A model generated the notes under the pieces. The model was not told the origin of the DNA. It did no database searches and was given only the letters and a program-made list of their open reading frames with translations. DNA of 64,000 bases, taken from positions 31,186,001 to 31,250,000 of the forward strand of contig NC_042997.1 in NCBI RefSeq assembly GCF_006345805.1, given 5' to 3'. Of the stretch, positions 1-13,150 are shown one piece after another (position 1 is the stretch's first letter; every line of letters begins with the position of its first letter). This DNA comes from Octopus sinensis (Eukaryota). The position numbers were made by a program, and so were the translations under genes.

Positions 1-298
1 ATCTAATGCTAGTAGAATGCTAGTTGCTTATCAATAAACTACCTCCTCAGTGTTAAGGTAGGAAAAACTACCTCTGGCTCCAACAAGTCAGAAAAAGAAG
101 AAAGGAAGAAGAAAGAAGAGAAAGAAAGAAAGAAAGGAGGAAGTGAGAAAACTTACCTGACAGAGGCAATTGCGTGTTTTCCAGATTGAATCAGAGACAT
201 TAAAACAGAGAGAGAGAGAGGGGGGACGGAAAATTACATTCTTGGAAAAAATTGAAAGCGTGTTGTAGGATTAATTACTTGTATGTTATTATGATCTC

Positions 299-427
299 TA
301 TGTATGCATCTCTGTATGTATGTATGTATGTATGTATGTATGTATGTATGTATGTATGTATGTATGTATTGTATGTATGTATGTATGTATGTATGTATGT
401 ATGTATGTATGTATGTATTGTATGTAT

Positions 428-459
<32 letters not shown>

Positions 460-737
460 TGTATGTATGTATGTATTGTATGTATGTATGTATGCATGTA
501 TGTATGTATTATGCATGCATGTATGTATGTATGAATGTATGTATGCATGTATATATGTATACATGTATGCATGTATGTATGTATGTATGTATGTATGTAT
601 GTATTATGCATGAATGCATGTATGTATGTATGTATGTATGTGTGCATGTATGTATGTATGTATGTCTGTATGTATGCATGCATGCATACATGTATGTACA
701 CATGCGTGCATGTATGTATGTATGCATCTATCTATCT

Positions 738-777
<40 letters not shown>

Positions 778-778
778 C

Positions 779-830
<52 letters not shown>

Positions 831-860
831 GCATGCATGCATGTATGAATGCCTACGTAT
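299..860. repeat. (TATG)n followed by (TCTA)n compound microsatellite
   Basis: Directly visible tetranucleotide arrays; source of the YVCM/YIHT/IYLS ORFs in the track. Confidence 0.97.
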
Positions 861-1399
861 ATTTAGGTATGTATGTGTTTGCATATATGTGTGTATGCAT
901 TTATGCATGCATACATGTATACGTGCATGTTTATCACGTGAGAGGAAAGGAAACTAAGTAAATGCTCTCTTTTCTACCTTACACACACACACACACGCAC
1001 ACACACATACACACGTATGTATGCATGATAATGTATAAATACTCAGGGGCACACACATAGAAATGTATATATGTACATATATATGTGTGGGTATATGTAT
1101 ATACGCACACACATAGATACACACGCACACACACAGATACATACATACCTGCACACACACACACACATAGATACACACACGCACACACACAGATACATAC
1201 ATACCTGCACACACACACACATAGATACACACACGCACAAACACAGATACATACATACCTGCGCGCGCACGCACACGCACACACGCACACGCACACACAT
1301 ACGCGTAATGGCCCAAACCTTTAGGGGAAACAGGTAAGATTGAATTATAAATAATAGTACTGTGAAATTAGTCTTGTTAAAGACCCTTCCACACCTAGC

Positions 1400-1497
<98 letters not shown>

Positions 1498-1657
1498 ATA
1501 CATATGTGTGTGTATGTGTGTTTAATTGGAAAGTGATCAATAATTTTTATTTAGTTGTTTGGCATCTGTTATCTGGCTAAATAATTACGTAGTAGATACT
1601 AGACTAGTTGGTGAGAAATCACAATTAAGTTACCTTGTAACAATACAGAACGGTATT

Positions 1658-2096
1658 AAGGCGGCAAGCTGGCAGAATCGTTAGCACGCCGAGTAAGGTA
1701 CTCAGCAGCATTTCGTCCGTCATTACTTTCCGAGTTCAAATTCCACTGAGGTCGACTTTGCCTATCATCTTTTCGGGATCGATGAAATAACTACCAGTTG
1801 AGCACTGGGGTCGATGTAATCGACCAGCACCCTCCCCTATAAAAATTTCAAGCCAATAGTAGAAAGGATTATTAAAGGCAATGAGCTGGCAGAGTCGTTA
1901 GCGCACCGAACATATTCTTAGCGATATTTCGTCTATCATTATGTTGTGTGTTCAAATTCCGCCAAGATCGATTTTGTCTTTCATTCTATCGGGATCGATG
2001 AATAAGTATCACTTGGGCACTGAGGTTGATCTAATCGACTAAGTTCCCCCTTTCAGACTTTAAGCCTCGCGTCTATTGCAGAACGGATTATTAAAT
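1658..2096 (+). mobile_element. Two head-to-tail copies of tRNA-derived SINE family A
   Basis: Head AAGGCGGC-AGCTGGCAGAA-CGTTAGC with B-box-like GAGTTCAAATTCC, central GTCGACTTTGCCT-TCATC-TTTCGGG-TCGAT, tail GTAGAAAGGATTATTA; same motif order recurs >15 times in the window. Confidence 0.88.
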
Positions 2097-2577
2097 AACT
2101 GCAACGATAAGTAAGTCCCTATTCGGTCACATCACCTGCTAACAATAGCAGCTAAATTTCCCTTAAATCATGCTATATTATCTTAGAAAAAGTATCTAGC
2201 ACTACATACGATAATGTAGAATTAGATACATGATTACTGAAAAAGCAGCAGAAGAAAAACCCAGACGAGATGGTCATTGCTGGAATACTTTTGATCATAG
2301 AATCAGCTCGGTCAAAGTCAAACTGGGGTGAAACATTTAATCAATAAACAAAAGTGTGCAGTCATTGAGCCTCATTTTTCTCTACTCTTGGGAATGTGTA
2401 GCAGTCTTTTTCTCAGGGTTGTTTTCTAATAAACACAAGTCTTATCATGGAGATTTCTATTTTCTCAACATTACGTGTCTCCACTTCTGGGTGTGTTTAT
2501 TGAAACTGTTTCTTATGAAGGAGGAAAAAATCGATGAATTTTGTATGTTAGAGGGATTTCTTTAAAAGTTATTCCTG

Positions 2578-2693
2578 ACGTGGCATCTTGGGCAAGTGTC
2601 TTCTGCTATAGCCCCGGGCCGACCAATGCCTTGTGAGTGGATTTGGTAGACGGAAACTGAAAGAAGCCTGTCGTATATATGTATATATATATA

Positions 2694-2773
<80 letters not shown>

Positions 2774-3011
2774 ATGTGTGGTATGTGTGTGTGTATGTAT
2801 TTTTGTGTCTGTGTTTGTCGCCCTAGCATTGCTTGACAACCGATGCTGGTGTGTTTACGTCCCCGTCACTTAGCGGTTCGGCCTAAGAGACCGATAGAAT
2901 AAGTACTGGGCTTACAAAGAATAAATCCCGGGGTCGATTTGCTCGACTAAAGGCGGTGCTCCAGCATGGCCGCAGTCAAATGACTGAAACAAGTAAAAGA
3001 GTAAAAGAGTA
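2578..3011 (+). mobile_element. SINE family B (CORE-like), 5'-truncated, with internal (TA)n/(TG)n tract
   Basis: CTTGGGCAAGTGTCTT CORE-like segment, GGTAGACGGAAACTGAAAGAAGCC, microsatellite, right half ending (GTAAAAGA)2; matches copies at 4117, 20325, 39000 and 47772. Confidence 0.85.
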
Positions 3012-4116
3012 TACTACCCAGGTAAATTGTACAACTGTACAGTTTGGAGTGTCTTTTATTTTGACTGATCTGAAATCCAAGTTAATACCAACATAAAATT
3101 TTTGGATATCTGTATTTTTAGACGACATCAGTCTGAGAAATAATTTGAATAGAATCTGATTACTTCTCTGTCCACATAGTTGTAATTGCTATTTTAACCC
3201 AGGTCAGCCATGACTGAACATGATGAAGTATGTTTCCAACCGTAACCATCCTGTCTTTTTTTTTTTTTTGTCGGCATAGTATATCTAGGAAAGGTGACGA
3301 ATCGGGATGTCAGGTAGATTGCCTTATGATATTTCATAATAAACAAAAGTATGCAGTGATTGTGCCTCATTCTTCTCGCAGGGAAGTTTGTTTTTCAGCC
3401 TTTAGGGTTCGATAAGTAAAGTAGCAATCCAACTTAGTACTACATTATCCAATCTGTCCTTCCCTTTCTTAAGACAGTAGGCTGTGATACTTGATATTTT
3501 GTTGATTGTTATTTCTAGCAGGCAAGCCGATTTCGGCTGCAAACAGTATCTGTGTCAACAAAACAGTAATACAACTTTACTTTAATGCTGCAGGCTCAAG
3601 ACGACAGGAAAGCAGTAGAGCAGTGATTTTTGTCATCCCTTTCCCCCAGAAACTTCAATATGGTCAAAAAAAAATATAGCAAGCAATGGAGTTTGAGGTG
3701 TGGAGACGTGACACAACATGAATTTTCCGTTAGTGATTTACGCGTGAGAACTTGGTTGAGTGGCAGAAAGTGATGAATGAATAGATACATAATTTAGAAG
3801 AAAGAGTCATTTGACATTTACGGATTTGCAAATAAACGAAAACTTAATGGTTGAAATGGCTAGACAGCGTCACACCCACCTAACAAAAAAGTGGAGCAAA
3901 TTGCATTGTGTTTGGGGTTAAGCGAATAAAGAGGGGAATTTATTAGGTAGGAGGAAAAATGAGGGTAATTAATTGGACATGAGATCTTGAAGAAGTGTTG
4001 TCGTTGTTATTGTTTAAACCTTAGGCGATCCTGATGGAGAAAATCCCTGACAAAAAGCATTCCAGCCGTTAGCATCATGCTTTATATTCCAGACATTATG
4101 ATTCAAGGATAACATT

Positions 4117-4532
4117 ATCTTTACTCTTTTACTCTTTTACTTGTTTCAGTCATTTGACTGCGGCCATGCTGGAGCACCGCCTTTAGTCGAGCAAATCGAC
4201 CCCGGGACTTATTCTTTTTTGTAAGCCCAGTACTTATTCTATCGGTCTCTTTTGCCGAACCGCTAAGTGACGGGGGCGTAAACACACCAGCATCGGTTGT
4301 CAAGCAATGCTAGGGGGACAAACACAGACACACAGACACACAAACACACACGCACACATATATATATGCATATATACGACAAGCTTCTTTCAGTTTCCGT
4401 CTACCAAATCCACTCACAAGGCATTGGTCGGCTCGAGGCTATAGCAGAAGACACTTGCCCAAGATGCCACGCAGTGGGACTGAACCCAGAACCATGTGGT
4501 TGGTAAGCAAGCTACTAACCACACAGCCACTC
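4117..4532 (-). mobile_element. SINE family B, full length
   Basis: Reverse complement has tRNA-like head GAGTGGCTGTGTGGTTAGTAG...GGGTTCAGTCCCAC, CORE-like segment, short microsatellite and (GTAAAAGA)n tail. Confidence 0.88.
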
Positions 4533-4842
4533 ATCTCAGTAACATTTTGTTTTTAAAATGATAGTGTGTGATTTGATGGAGATTTAGGGTCTATTTTTAA
4601 TAGGTTGAACGATAGGTTCATCAGCTTTTCGCGTGGCAAATAGAGGAATATGAAAAAATATTTCTTTGTTTTCTTTTCAGATATGCAAATAAGTCAAAAT
4701 CTAATTGCAGCATTTCACATATACTCTATATCTATTGACAGTCTGCTTCTGTATATTGTGCTTCATCAGTACAGAACAATAAAGTAAGAGATAGTCAATT
4801 AATTGTTTATATTCATGTAAGATGTTTAAATCTTCATTCAAT

Positions 4843-4877
<35 letters not shown>

Positions 4878-5448
4878 GAGGAGAGAGGGGAAGTTATGGT
4901 AAAAGAGAGAAAAATAACAGTACGTGTTAGAGTTGTTAGTTTTAGAGATATAGAGAAATAGAAATAACTTTTGAAATGAACTTGTTTGATATTCGTTTTA
5001 TTCATGGCAAAGGCAGTTAAATTGCACACACACACACATGTACGTATGTACGTATGTACCTGTATGTACACACATTTATACATAATACATATTTATATAT
5101 ACGTATATACATACATACATACATACATACATACATCATACATACATACATACATATATATATATAGATATATATTAAAAGACATTTCAACCAGCATAAC
5201 AGAAATCAGAAACCGAAGATGGCGATCAAGCAGAATCGTTGGAGCGTCGTAAGTAATACTTAGTAGTATTTGATCCCGCTCTTTATGAGTTAATGTCAAA
5301 CCCGATCGAGGTCTATTTTGCCTTTTAATCCGCCATACTTCGGGGAAAACAAAGTACAAGGCAAGTACTAGTGCCTTTGATACCGACAAACCATCTTCTT
5401 TCAAAATTCTTCGATTTGATACTAAACGGGTCTTGTTTTTATCATGCA

Positions 5449-5710
5449 GGGGATTTTTAAAATTTGTTATTGCAAACTCAGTGAGTTGTTTTAAGATTTT
5501 TAACATTCGTTAAGGGTATTTCAAGGCTATTTCACAGTTTGGATAGCATCCAGATTAAGGGTGCAGACAACTGATTGATATTCAATCACATAGTGATACG
5601 CTCTTGCCTCCGGCCAACATCTGTTCTTTCTCTTCACTTTGTCCCTTTTTGTCTATCGCTGCTGTAATGATCCCTGCTCTTCGGACTTAGCTGACTTCAT
5701 AACTCCACTA
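5449..5710. repeat. ~265-bp dispersed direct repeat, copy 1 (copy 2 at 7524-7790)
   Basis: GGGATTTTTAAAATTTGTTATTGCAA...GACTTCATAACTCCACT is near-identical at both loci in the same orientation. Confidence 0.9.
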
Positions 5711-6241
5711 CTAGAAAGAATAATTGCAATACCGTTATGCAGCTAATTAGCGGGATAGCAAGAGCGTTGGAAAAAAAAAGTGTGTGGGTACACATGTTCA
5801 AGAAACGCACACACGCACACACACACACACGCACATACACACACACACGCACACACACGCACGCACACACACACATGCACACACACATACATATACAGAG
5901 AAAGAGAGAGAGAGAGAGAGAGTGAGAGAGAGTAGTGAGTGGATTCTCACATCGATTTCGGTGAAAGAGCGTCCAACAGCCAACCCTTACACTACTCTCG
6001 CAGATAATTTGTTTTCGGTGGTAAAGGCTTTGTGTAGGACCATCCACAACGTTTCTAAATGCTCATAGAAGAATGTTGATGCAAATGTCTGCTACATTCT
6101 CAATGAACAACATACTTCATGCTTTTCTAATTAGAATGCTTCATCTCCCAGGTTAGTTGCATCTCCACGGCCTAGAATCCAGCCCAGTCAGGTAGGCTAA
6201 AATCGCACCTGGGCAAAAAGCCAGAAATGTTTATGCGCTTG

Positions 6242-6274
<33 letters not shown>

Positions 6275-6539
6275 TTACGCACACGCACAGACACACACAT
6301 ATGATGGGATAAGTAGAGGGCCGTTCACTCTTCTGAGTTCATATGCTCTTTGATAGGTCTTGCTTTTTATCGCACTGCATATCCAAAATTCAACGCTACT
6401 CACCAAGCATGCTTGGTAGCGTTGCCAGTTTAGTCACTGACTATGCCATGGGTTGTACTGGATTCTGTATATTATCTTTAAATAAACTCACGCATCTGAG
6501 TGCTTGCGTGTATGAATAAAATGGCTAACTAATTTCATA

Positions 6540-6990
6540 TAGCTTGGTTTCTTGGCTTCATGGTCTTGCCTGAGGGGTTAGGGTGTTCCAAGTTAGTTGT
6601 CCGAGAAGAGTCATCATGCGAGGAGCCGACCAGGTCTATCAGTGCTCTCTATCGCTAGCGGTCTCGTGCCAACCCGTTTGCATCTTCCAAAGTAACGCCC
6701 TAATCCCGTCCAGCTATCTGGTGCGGAGCCTACCACGTGGCCTTTTCCAGTCTTCTGCTGTTGCGTCGAATGAGTGTAAAGCCCTGGTAGGATGTTCTGT
6801 CGGAAGACGGAGGACATGTCCATATCACTGCATGCGATGGATAGCTTTGAGGTGGGAGGTTGCGTGCTGATGCATGCTCTCACGCAGTTCTTTGCTGGAA
6901 ACATGCCGGCACCATCTGATGTTCTCAACGGTTCTCATGGCTCTTCTGTCCAAGCTGTCGGTCCTCTTTACCGGGGTCTTCGAGAGAGAC
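6540..6990 (-). mobile_element. 3' fragment of RTE-like LINE ORF2 (pseudogenised)
   Basis: Minus-strand translation NIRWCRHVSSKEL...YGHVLRLPTEHPTRALHSF...WKRPRGRLRTR*LDGI resembles the RW-GHV-R / RPRGRP-RW-D C-terminal motifs of RTE/RTEX RTs. Confidence 0.75.
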
Positions 6991-7043
6991 CACGTAGAAT
7001 CATATTACATATATAAAACAGTGACTTCATATTTCTAATTACC

Positions 7044-7277
7044 TATTTCTTTACTACCCACAAGGGGCCAAACACAGAGGGGACAAACAAGGACAGACAA
7101 ATGGATTAAGTCGATTACGTCGACCCCAGTGCGTAACTGGTACTTAATTTATCGACCTCGAAAGGATGAAAGGCAAAGTCGACCTCGGCGGAATTTGAAC
7201 TCAGAACGTAACGGCAGACGAAATACCGGTAAGCATTTCGCCCGGCGTGCTAACGTTTCTACTAGCTCGCCGCCTTT
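7044..7277 (-). mobile_element. SINE family A, full length, with ~14-bp TSD
   Basis: Complete head-to-tail copy; TATTTCTAATTACC flanks both sides (~7030-7043 and ~7278-7291). Confidence 0.92.
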
Positions 7278-7523
7278 TATTTCTAATTACCGTCACCACT
7301 CTTCTTTTTCCAATATATCCTGATTGTATCTCTATCTTTCCAACGAAGGTGAAAATGCTTCGTTGAGGAGTTCCAATAAGATCAAAACATGCCTGTTGCT
7401 TACACCAGTAGGCTTTTAAGATGAGACACACTTCTAACTGCATTGCATTTTTTCCCAAAAATTGCGAATAATTAATATTGCGTCATATCCCTTTCTTGTC
7501 GGTTGTAGTGTTTAACATACCTT

Positions 7524-7790
7524 AGGGAATTTTTAAAATTTGTTATTGCAAGGATAATCTCAGAGAGTTGTTTTAAGATTTTTAACATTCGTTAAGGGTA
7601 TTACAAGGCTATTTCATAGTTTGGACAGCATCCAGATTAAGGGTACAGACAACTGATTGATATTCAATCATCTAGTGATACACTCTTGCCCCGGCCAACA
7701 GCTGTTCTTTCTCTTCACTCTGTCCCTTTTTTTCTATCGCTGCTGTAATGATCCCTGCTCCTTGGGCTTAGCTGACTTCATAACTCCACT
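7524..7790. repeat. ~265-bp dispersed direct repeat, copy 2
   Basis: Near-identical to 5449-5710 with scattered substitutions and a short indel. Confidence 0.9.
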
Positions 7791-7877
7791 GCTCACTCTC
7801 CATCGACTTACTCAACTTTAAATTTCTCGTTACCATTGTTATGTCCAATAGTAGCAACAACAACAACAACAACAACA

Positions 7878-7910
<33 letters not shown>

Positions 7911-7912
7911 AA

Positions 7913-7961
<49 letters not shown>

Positions 7962-8221
7962 CATTGCTACTGACTACTACTACAACTTTACTACAACTTA
8001 TAGTAGTAGTAGTAGTAGAAATAGTTGCAGTAGTAGTAGAAGAAATATTAGTAGAAGTAGTAGGAATAATAGTAATAGTAGCAGTATATTATATTAGTAG
8101 GGTACTAAAAGAGAATGGCTCTCTCCAAAGACAACAGAATATGCTTTAACACACGAACTCACATAAAGAATCTTGCAAACCAAATCCCAGAACGAAGTAA
8201 CAGAATTATTATTATTATTAT

Positions 8222-8572
8222 TGAGTGAGAGAGCAGTTCATGCCATCAAAGTGACACTGGGGTAAAATATACGAAGCCCAATATACCCATCATGACTACC
8301 GTCTGATAAAGGTACACCAGGCACATGCATCACAACCATATGTGCGCGATATGGTGATCTCATATCAAGATAAACAGCACATGACCTTGCAGGTGGGGCC
8401 CAGTTGAATTTTCTTCAGGTTGAGTAACCCATCCCGCTCAAACGGTCCCTGAATAAGGGTTGTTTTCAGGATGTTGAAAGAACCACCCATGTTTCCAGAG
8501 GTTAACTATTCAACCCGAAGAATCCCTCTCAACACATGGCTATGATGCTCCCCCACTACTTCTGCTCGTGAT
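8222..8572 (-). mobile_element. Repeat family E, probable retroelement 3' end with (AAT)n tail
   Basis: Matches 31073-31630 and part of 13375-13550; the shared end TTGAGTGAGAGAGCAG abuts (ATT)n in both long copies, implying a minus-strand (AAT)n tail. Class not determined. Confidence 0.7.
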
Positions 8573-8878
8573 TATATTATTATTATTATTATTATTAGTA
8601 GTAGTAGTAGTAGTAGTAGTAGTAATAATAGCAGATTTTGTTACTGTTAATTTTGTAAAGTATACGGGAAAAGTTAGCGTTTTAAGATCGAAAAGAAAAG
8701 AATAAAAGAAAAAGGGTACAAAGTATCAAGCACAAAAAATATCAATTACATTAGCAGCAGCAGCAAAAACAACAACAACAACAAGGAAAAGTTGCTTAAT
8801 ATTATCTTCATCAATATCATTCAGAAAATCATTTGCAGTAACAACTAGAGTAAAAAGGAATATGTCCGTAATTTTATA

Positions 8879-9079
8879 CAGGCTGTCCATACATGAGCTT
8901 TGCAACTTCCACTATGTTTCACTTACAAGAATTTACAAGAATTCGCCGCACCACTGGCAACCAACAGTTATTTTTCAACAAGATGGTGCGCCGCCCCAAA
9001 TTGGTAAATTATGCTTGTTTTTCACCACACTTTTTTTTCTGAAGTTTTCAAATAGTAAAGGTAATTCATAGACACCCTG
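8879..9079 (+). mobile_element. 201-bp Tc1/mariner-superfamily internal-deletion derivative
   Basis: TA|CAGGCTGTCCAT...ATAGACACCCTG|TA imperfect TIRs with TA TSD; interior encodes VIFQQDGAPP, the second catalytic Asp motif of DD37D/DD41D-type transposases. Confidence 0.8.
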
Positions 9080-9094
9080 TATATATATACAGAC

Positions 9095-9445
9095 AGGCCT
9101 GCAACATCAATATTAGCGGTTGGGAAGCAATTGCTAGCAACCGTGGAGATTGGCGACGTACCGTAAAAGAGGGAATACAAAGGAGTTACAGAGAGAGAGA
9201 GAGAGAGAGAGGAGAAATGGAAAGACAAGAAAAGACGTCAACAAGAAACTATGACATTACAACCAGCCAGGAACAGTCTTCGCTACATTTGCGGTACCTG
9301 CCAGAGGGAGTGTTTGTTCAATAGGACTACACAGCCACAGCAGGAAGTGTATCAGGACATGAAATGTAAAAGCCGGACTGGACTATTTTATGCGCAACTC
9401 CATTGTCTCCCGAGACAAAAAGGATGCCAACCATACATAGATATA
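9095..9445 (+). mobile_element. 3' terminus of RTE-clade LINE
   Basis: Translation WEAIASNRGDWRRTVKEGI...YICGTCQRECL, then (after a frameshift) IGLHSHSRKC, matches the RTE C-terminal W-A-DR-WR and C-C-IGL-SH motifs; short 3' UTR CCATTGTCTCCCGAGAC...GATGCC. Confidence 0.85.
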
Positions 9446-9493
9446 TACACATGTGTGTGAAAGTGTTTGTGTGTATTTGTGTGTGTTTGTGTG

Positions 9494-10380
9494 CTTTTTC
9501 AATTGCATGAACTAAAAGTCAGAGGGGGACGAGATAAACTACTTGCATTAACTTTCTATAAAAACAGGTAGCAATTTTACCTTGTCTTATTCTTAGTGCA
9601 GGTTTTGAAGAGTGCAGTTCGATATTAATAGTTAACTTTTTCAAAGCTATAAAGGAAGTGACAAAGGAGCATATTCGGCATGTTTTGCTTTATGAATTCA
9701 ATAAAGGCAACAATGCAACGGAAAGTGCGAGGAATAATAATGCAGTATATGGGGGTCGGACAATAAGCGTAAGCCAGTGTCAACGGTGGTTGCAGAAATT
9801 CAGAGCTAGAAACAAGAGCCTAGAAGACGAGCCTCGTCCTGGAAGATGAGGGCGTCCTGCAAATCCTGGTGGAGCAAAATCCCATCGTAACTGTTAAGGA
9901 ACTAGCAGAGAAGCTTGGATGTGCTCATTCAAACTGTCATTCAAGTCAGTGCTAGAATGAAAACGTCCATGTTTGGTTTCAAGACGAAAAGTGTTCTTCC
10001 ATCAGGATAATGCTCGGCCACATACAGCGAAGATGACATTCCAAAGGCTGGAGGAGTTTGAATGGGAAACGATGCTCCACTCACCACATTCGGCAGGCAT
10101 TGCCCCATCTAATTATCATTTATTCTGCAGTCTTCAAAATCATTTGGACGGAAAAAATTTGAATTCTGTACACAAGGTCAGAACGGTACTGGAGGAATAT
10201 TTTTGGTCACAGACAAGGGAATTTTGGAAGAGGTGCTTTGCAAGTCTTCCAGATAGATGGAAGAGCATTGTAGAAAAAGAAGGAGAGTATATGTAAGATT
10301 TAAAAAGAACTTTGTTTATCATAATTTTGAAAAATAAAAGAAGTATGAAAAAATCGCATTATTTATGGGATGACCCAACA
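9494..10380 (+). pseudogene. Mariner transposase relic, internally deleted, 5' TIR mostly lost
   Basis: HTH MTKEHIRHVLLYEFNKGNNATESARN...EDEPRPGR (9658-9849); DDE FHQDNARPHTA...HSPHSAGIAPSNYHLF (9973-10296); 3' TIR-like CGCATTATTTATGGGATGACCCAACA-TA. Confidence 0.9.
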
Positions 10381-10719
10381 TATATGTATAATGTATGTAT
10401 GTAACTTTTACCATTCAGAATCCAGCAAGCAGCTTCCGGTGACGTCATGTTATTTCGTAATGGTCGGGTTGGACACTAAGCTAATATTGTATTGGCTGAC
10501 CATTTTGATGTGTAGTTTATATTTAGTTATTTTACAGGTTCTTCTCTTAATTTTTCTTTTCTTTTCGCTAATTGCATAATTTTTATCTTGTTTATTGTCG
10601 TGTTGCTTTTCTCTCCTCTTCTTTTCTTCTTGTATTTTATGTAAACTTTCGCATAAATTGTAAACTATCCTAGTAGTTAATGCAACCCTCATTTCATTCC
10701 CCTGTGGCAGATATTACTA

Positions 10720-10848
10720 TCATCATCATCATCGTCATCATTATTATTGTTATTATCATTATTATTATTATTATTATCATCATCATCGTCATCATTATTA
10801 TCGTTATTATCATTATTATTATTATCATCATCATCATCATCATCATCA

Positions 10849-10924
<76 letters not shown>

Positions 10925-10925
10925 G
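10720..10925. repeat. (ATC)n/(ATT)n trinucleotide array
   Basis: Directly visible. Confidence 0.95.
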
Positions 10926-11395
10926 AATCGTTAGCACACTAGACGAAATGCTTAGCGGTATTTCAGCCGTCTTTACATTCTGCGGTCAAATTCCGTCGAG
11001 GTTGACTGTCATTCTCTCGGGGTCGATAAATTAAGTACCAGTGAAACACTGGAGTCGATGTAATTGACTTCCTCTCCACCCAAATTTCAGGCCTTGAGCT
11101 CAAAGCAGAAGGATTATTATTATTATTATTATTATTATTATTTATTATTATTATTATTTTATTATTATTATTATTTAGGTGGTGAGCTGGCAGAATCGTT
11201 AACACGCCGGGCAAAATGCTTAGCAGTATTTCGTCCGTCTTTATGTTCCGAGTTCAAATTTCGCTGAGGTCGACTTTGCTTTTCATCCTTTCGAGGTCGA
11301 TAAAGTAAGTACCAGTTACGTACGGGGATCGATGCGGTCGACTCATCTCCCCCACCAAAGTTTCAGGCCTTGTGCTATTAGTAGAAAGGATTATT
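10925..11395 (+). mobile_element. Two SINE A copies, each embedded in (ATT)n
   Basis: Family A motifs at ~10925-11115 and ~11176-11395 separated by (ATT)n tails. Confidence 0.85.
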
Positions 11396-11429
11396 ATTAT
11401 TATTATTGTTGTTGTTGTTGTTGTTGTTG

Positions 11430-11480
<51 letters not shown>

Positions 11481-11981
11481 TATTATTATTATCATCATCC
11501 TCATTATTTTAATTTTTTAAAATTTTATTGACCAACCCGCATCTTAAAGACAAAACTAGGGAAAAAAAATAAAAATAAAAATACAAGAATAAAATAAATT
11601 AAAACAAAGAAATGTAACAATAAAAATAAATAACATAAAATACCTCCCTATGTCGATGTTTTAACAATTACTATCCGTGATACACTATCCATCTGGGCTA
11701 TGTTTCATTCGTACCAAGCACCATAACCCTCACCTTCCCCCAAAAGAAGAAGTAGAAGGAAATTATCTCTACCCATTCTTTCCATCCCTTACAGAAAAAC
11801 AAAAACAAAAAATCACCGTAAACTAAAAAACATTGCAAAGAACCATATAAAAATAAAAAAATGTTTCTCCTTCCACCACCACCACCACCACCACCACCAC
11901 CTACAACATCCCATCCGGTGATGCTGCTACCATCACTACAGCATCAGAGGGGGAAAAAATAAAGGGAAAAAGAAAAGAAAA

Positions 11982-12062
<81 letters not shown>

Positions 12063-12599
12063 TGTTCTGCGGTAATTATTATTTTGGAAGTCGACGGCAT
12101 CTGTGAGCATTCATATCGCAGGTCTCGATTCCTCTCTCATTTATATTCATTCAAGCGCAATTTCGCAATGTTACAGCCAGCCTGCTATTTAGCTTCGTTT
12201 CGTCCATTCATTTTTCGATCACACCTCCTTAAACAGCGGGTTTGTAAAATATTGCATTAGACCCCGTTCTTATCCATCACCTCTTTCCTCCTCCCCCAAG
12301 GCTTTCTGTTTAAACTTTTTGTTTATTATTTATTTATTTGTTCATTCATTCATTCATTCGTTCGTTTTATTATTATAAGTTAGTTGTTGTTTAGCCTCCA
12401 AATCATCACTGTTTTCCAGCAGATCTATGACCACATCGTTTTCTTCGCTTGGGAGGTAATGAACATCATCCAGTATGTTCTTTGATTCTTAGACGACAGT
12501 GCGACGTTTGGGAAATATTCTTCTGCTATTTCTACCAGTCGTGTGACTACATAGAGATCTTCTTCTTGGTAGCTACAGTTATTGGTATTATTGTTGATC

Positions 12600-13150
12600 C
12601 AGTTAATTTAGTTTGTGTCCAGCTCTGACTAAACAGTCCTATATCTCGTAGATAGTCGACCGAACGAACGACTATCTATGCCCCAGAATCCCATCTTTGC
12701 GTCTTTATAATGTCTCCGTGTAACCGAGGGATACACGGCATATTTCGACATGCAAAAAGGAATCGATTATGGAACAGTGTGAGAGTGGCAATCTTGAGGT
12801 AGTGTTATCCCGGAATTGTTCAATCTATTTTGCACGATAGTATATTCTGGTGCTGGTTAAAACGATGGCAAGAAAAGTGGACTCGGTCAACAGAGCAACA
12901 GTTGCTGTTTCTCTGCACTTATTGTTAATAATGTGCATCCCAGCAGAGTATTTGGGACCAGCGAAGCTATTGATGCGTCAGGTATTTCCGTATCTATGTA
13001 ACCATAATGTTTGTTTCGGCTGACTAGAAGAGCTAGTGGTTTTAGAATGCTGTAGTAATGTTTGAGGGGTTAGATGTGATTATTCATGTAGCGGCAGTGA
13101 CTGTTGAGTTTGCAAAGTGCTGCGCAAGAGGTGTAAATTGAAATTAAACT
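12600..13150 (-). mobile_element. Possible highly decayed LINE 3' coding remnant (I/Ingi-like)
   Basis: Fragmentary minus-strand peptides RETATVALL/RVHFSCHRFNQH and LPLSHCS...RFLFACRN loosely resemble RLR-G-H-LN-H and a CCHC knuckle; many stops. Confidence 0.3.

Noticed and set aside
234-1580. Numerous long ORFs (YVCM, YIHT, IYLS, poly-I/T/H types) here and throughout the window
   Set aside because: They are stop-free readings of microsatellites in several overlapping frames, with no protein-like complexity.
2130-2340. Old dispersed repeat (TTTAACCCAGGTCAG...ATTCCAGCC-TGACCATC type; also near 3190, 4010, 12380, 27760, 35400 and 44900)
   Set aside because: The recurrence is real, but copies are too degraded to define boundaries or class by eye.
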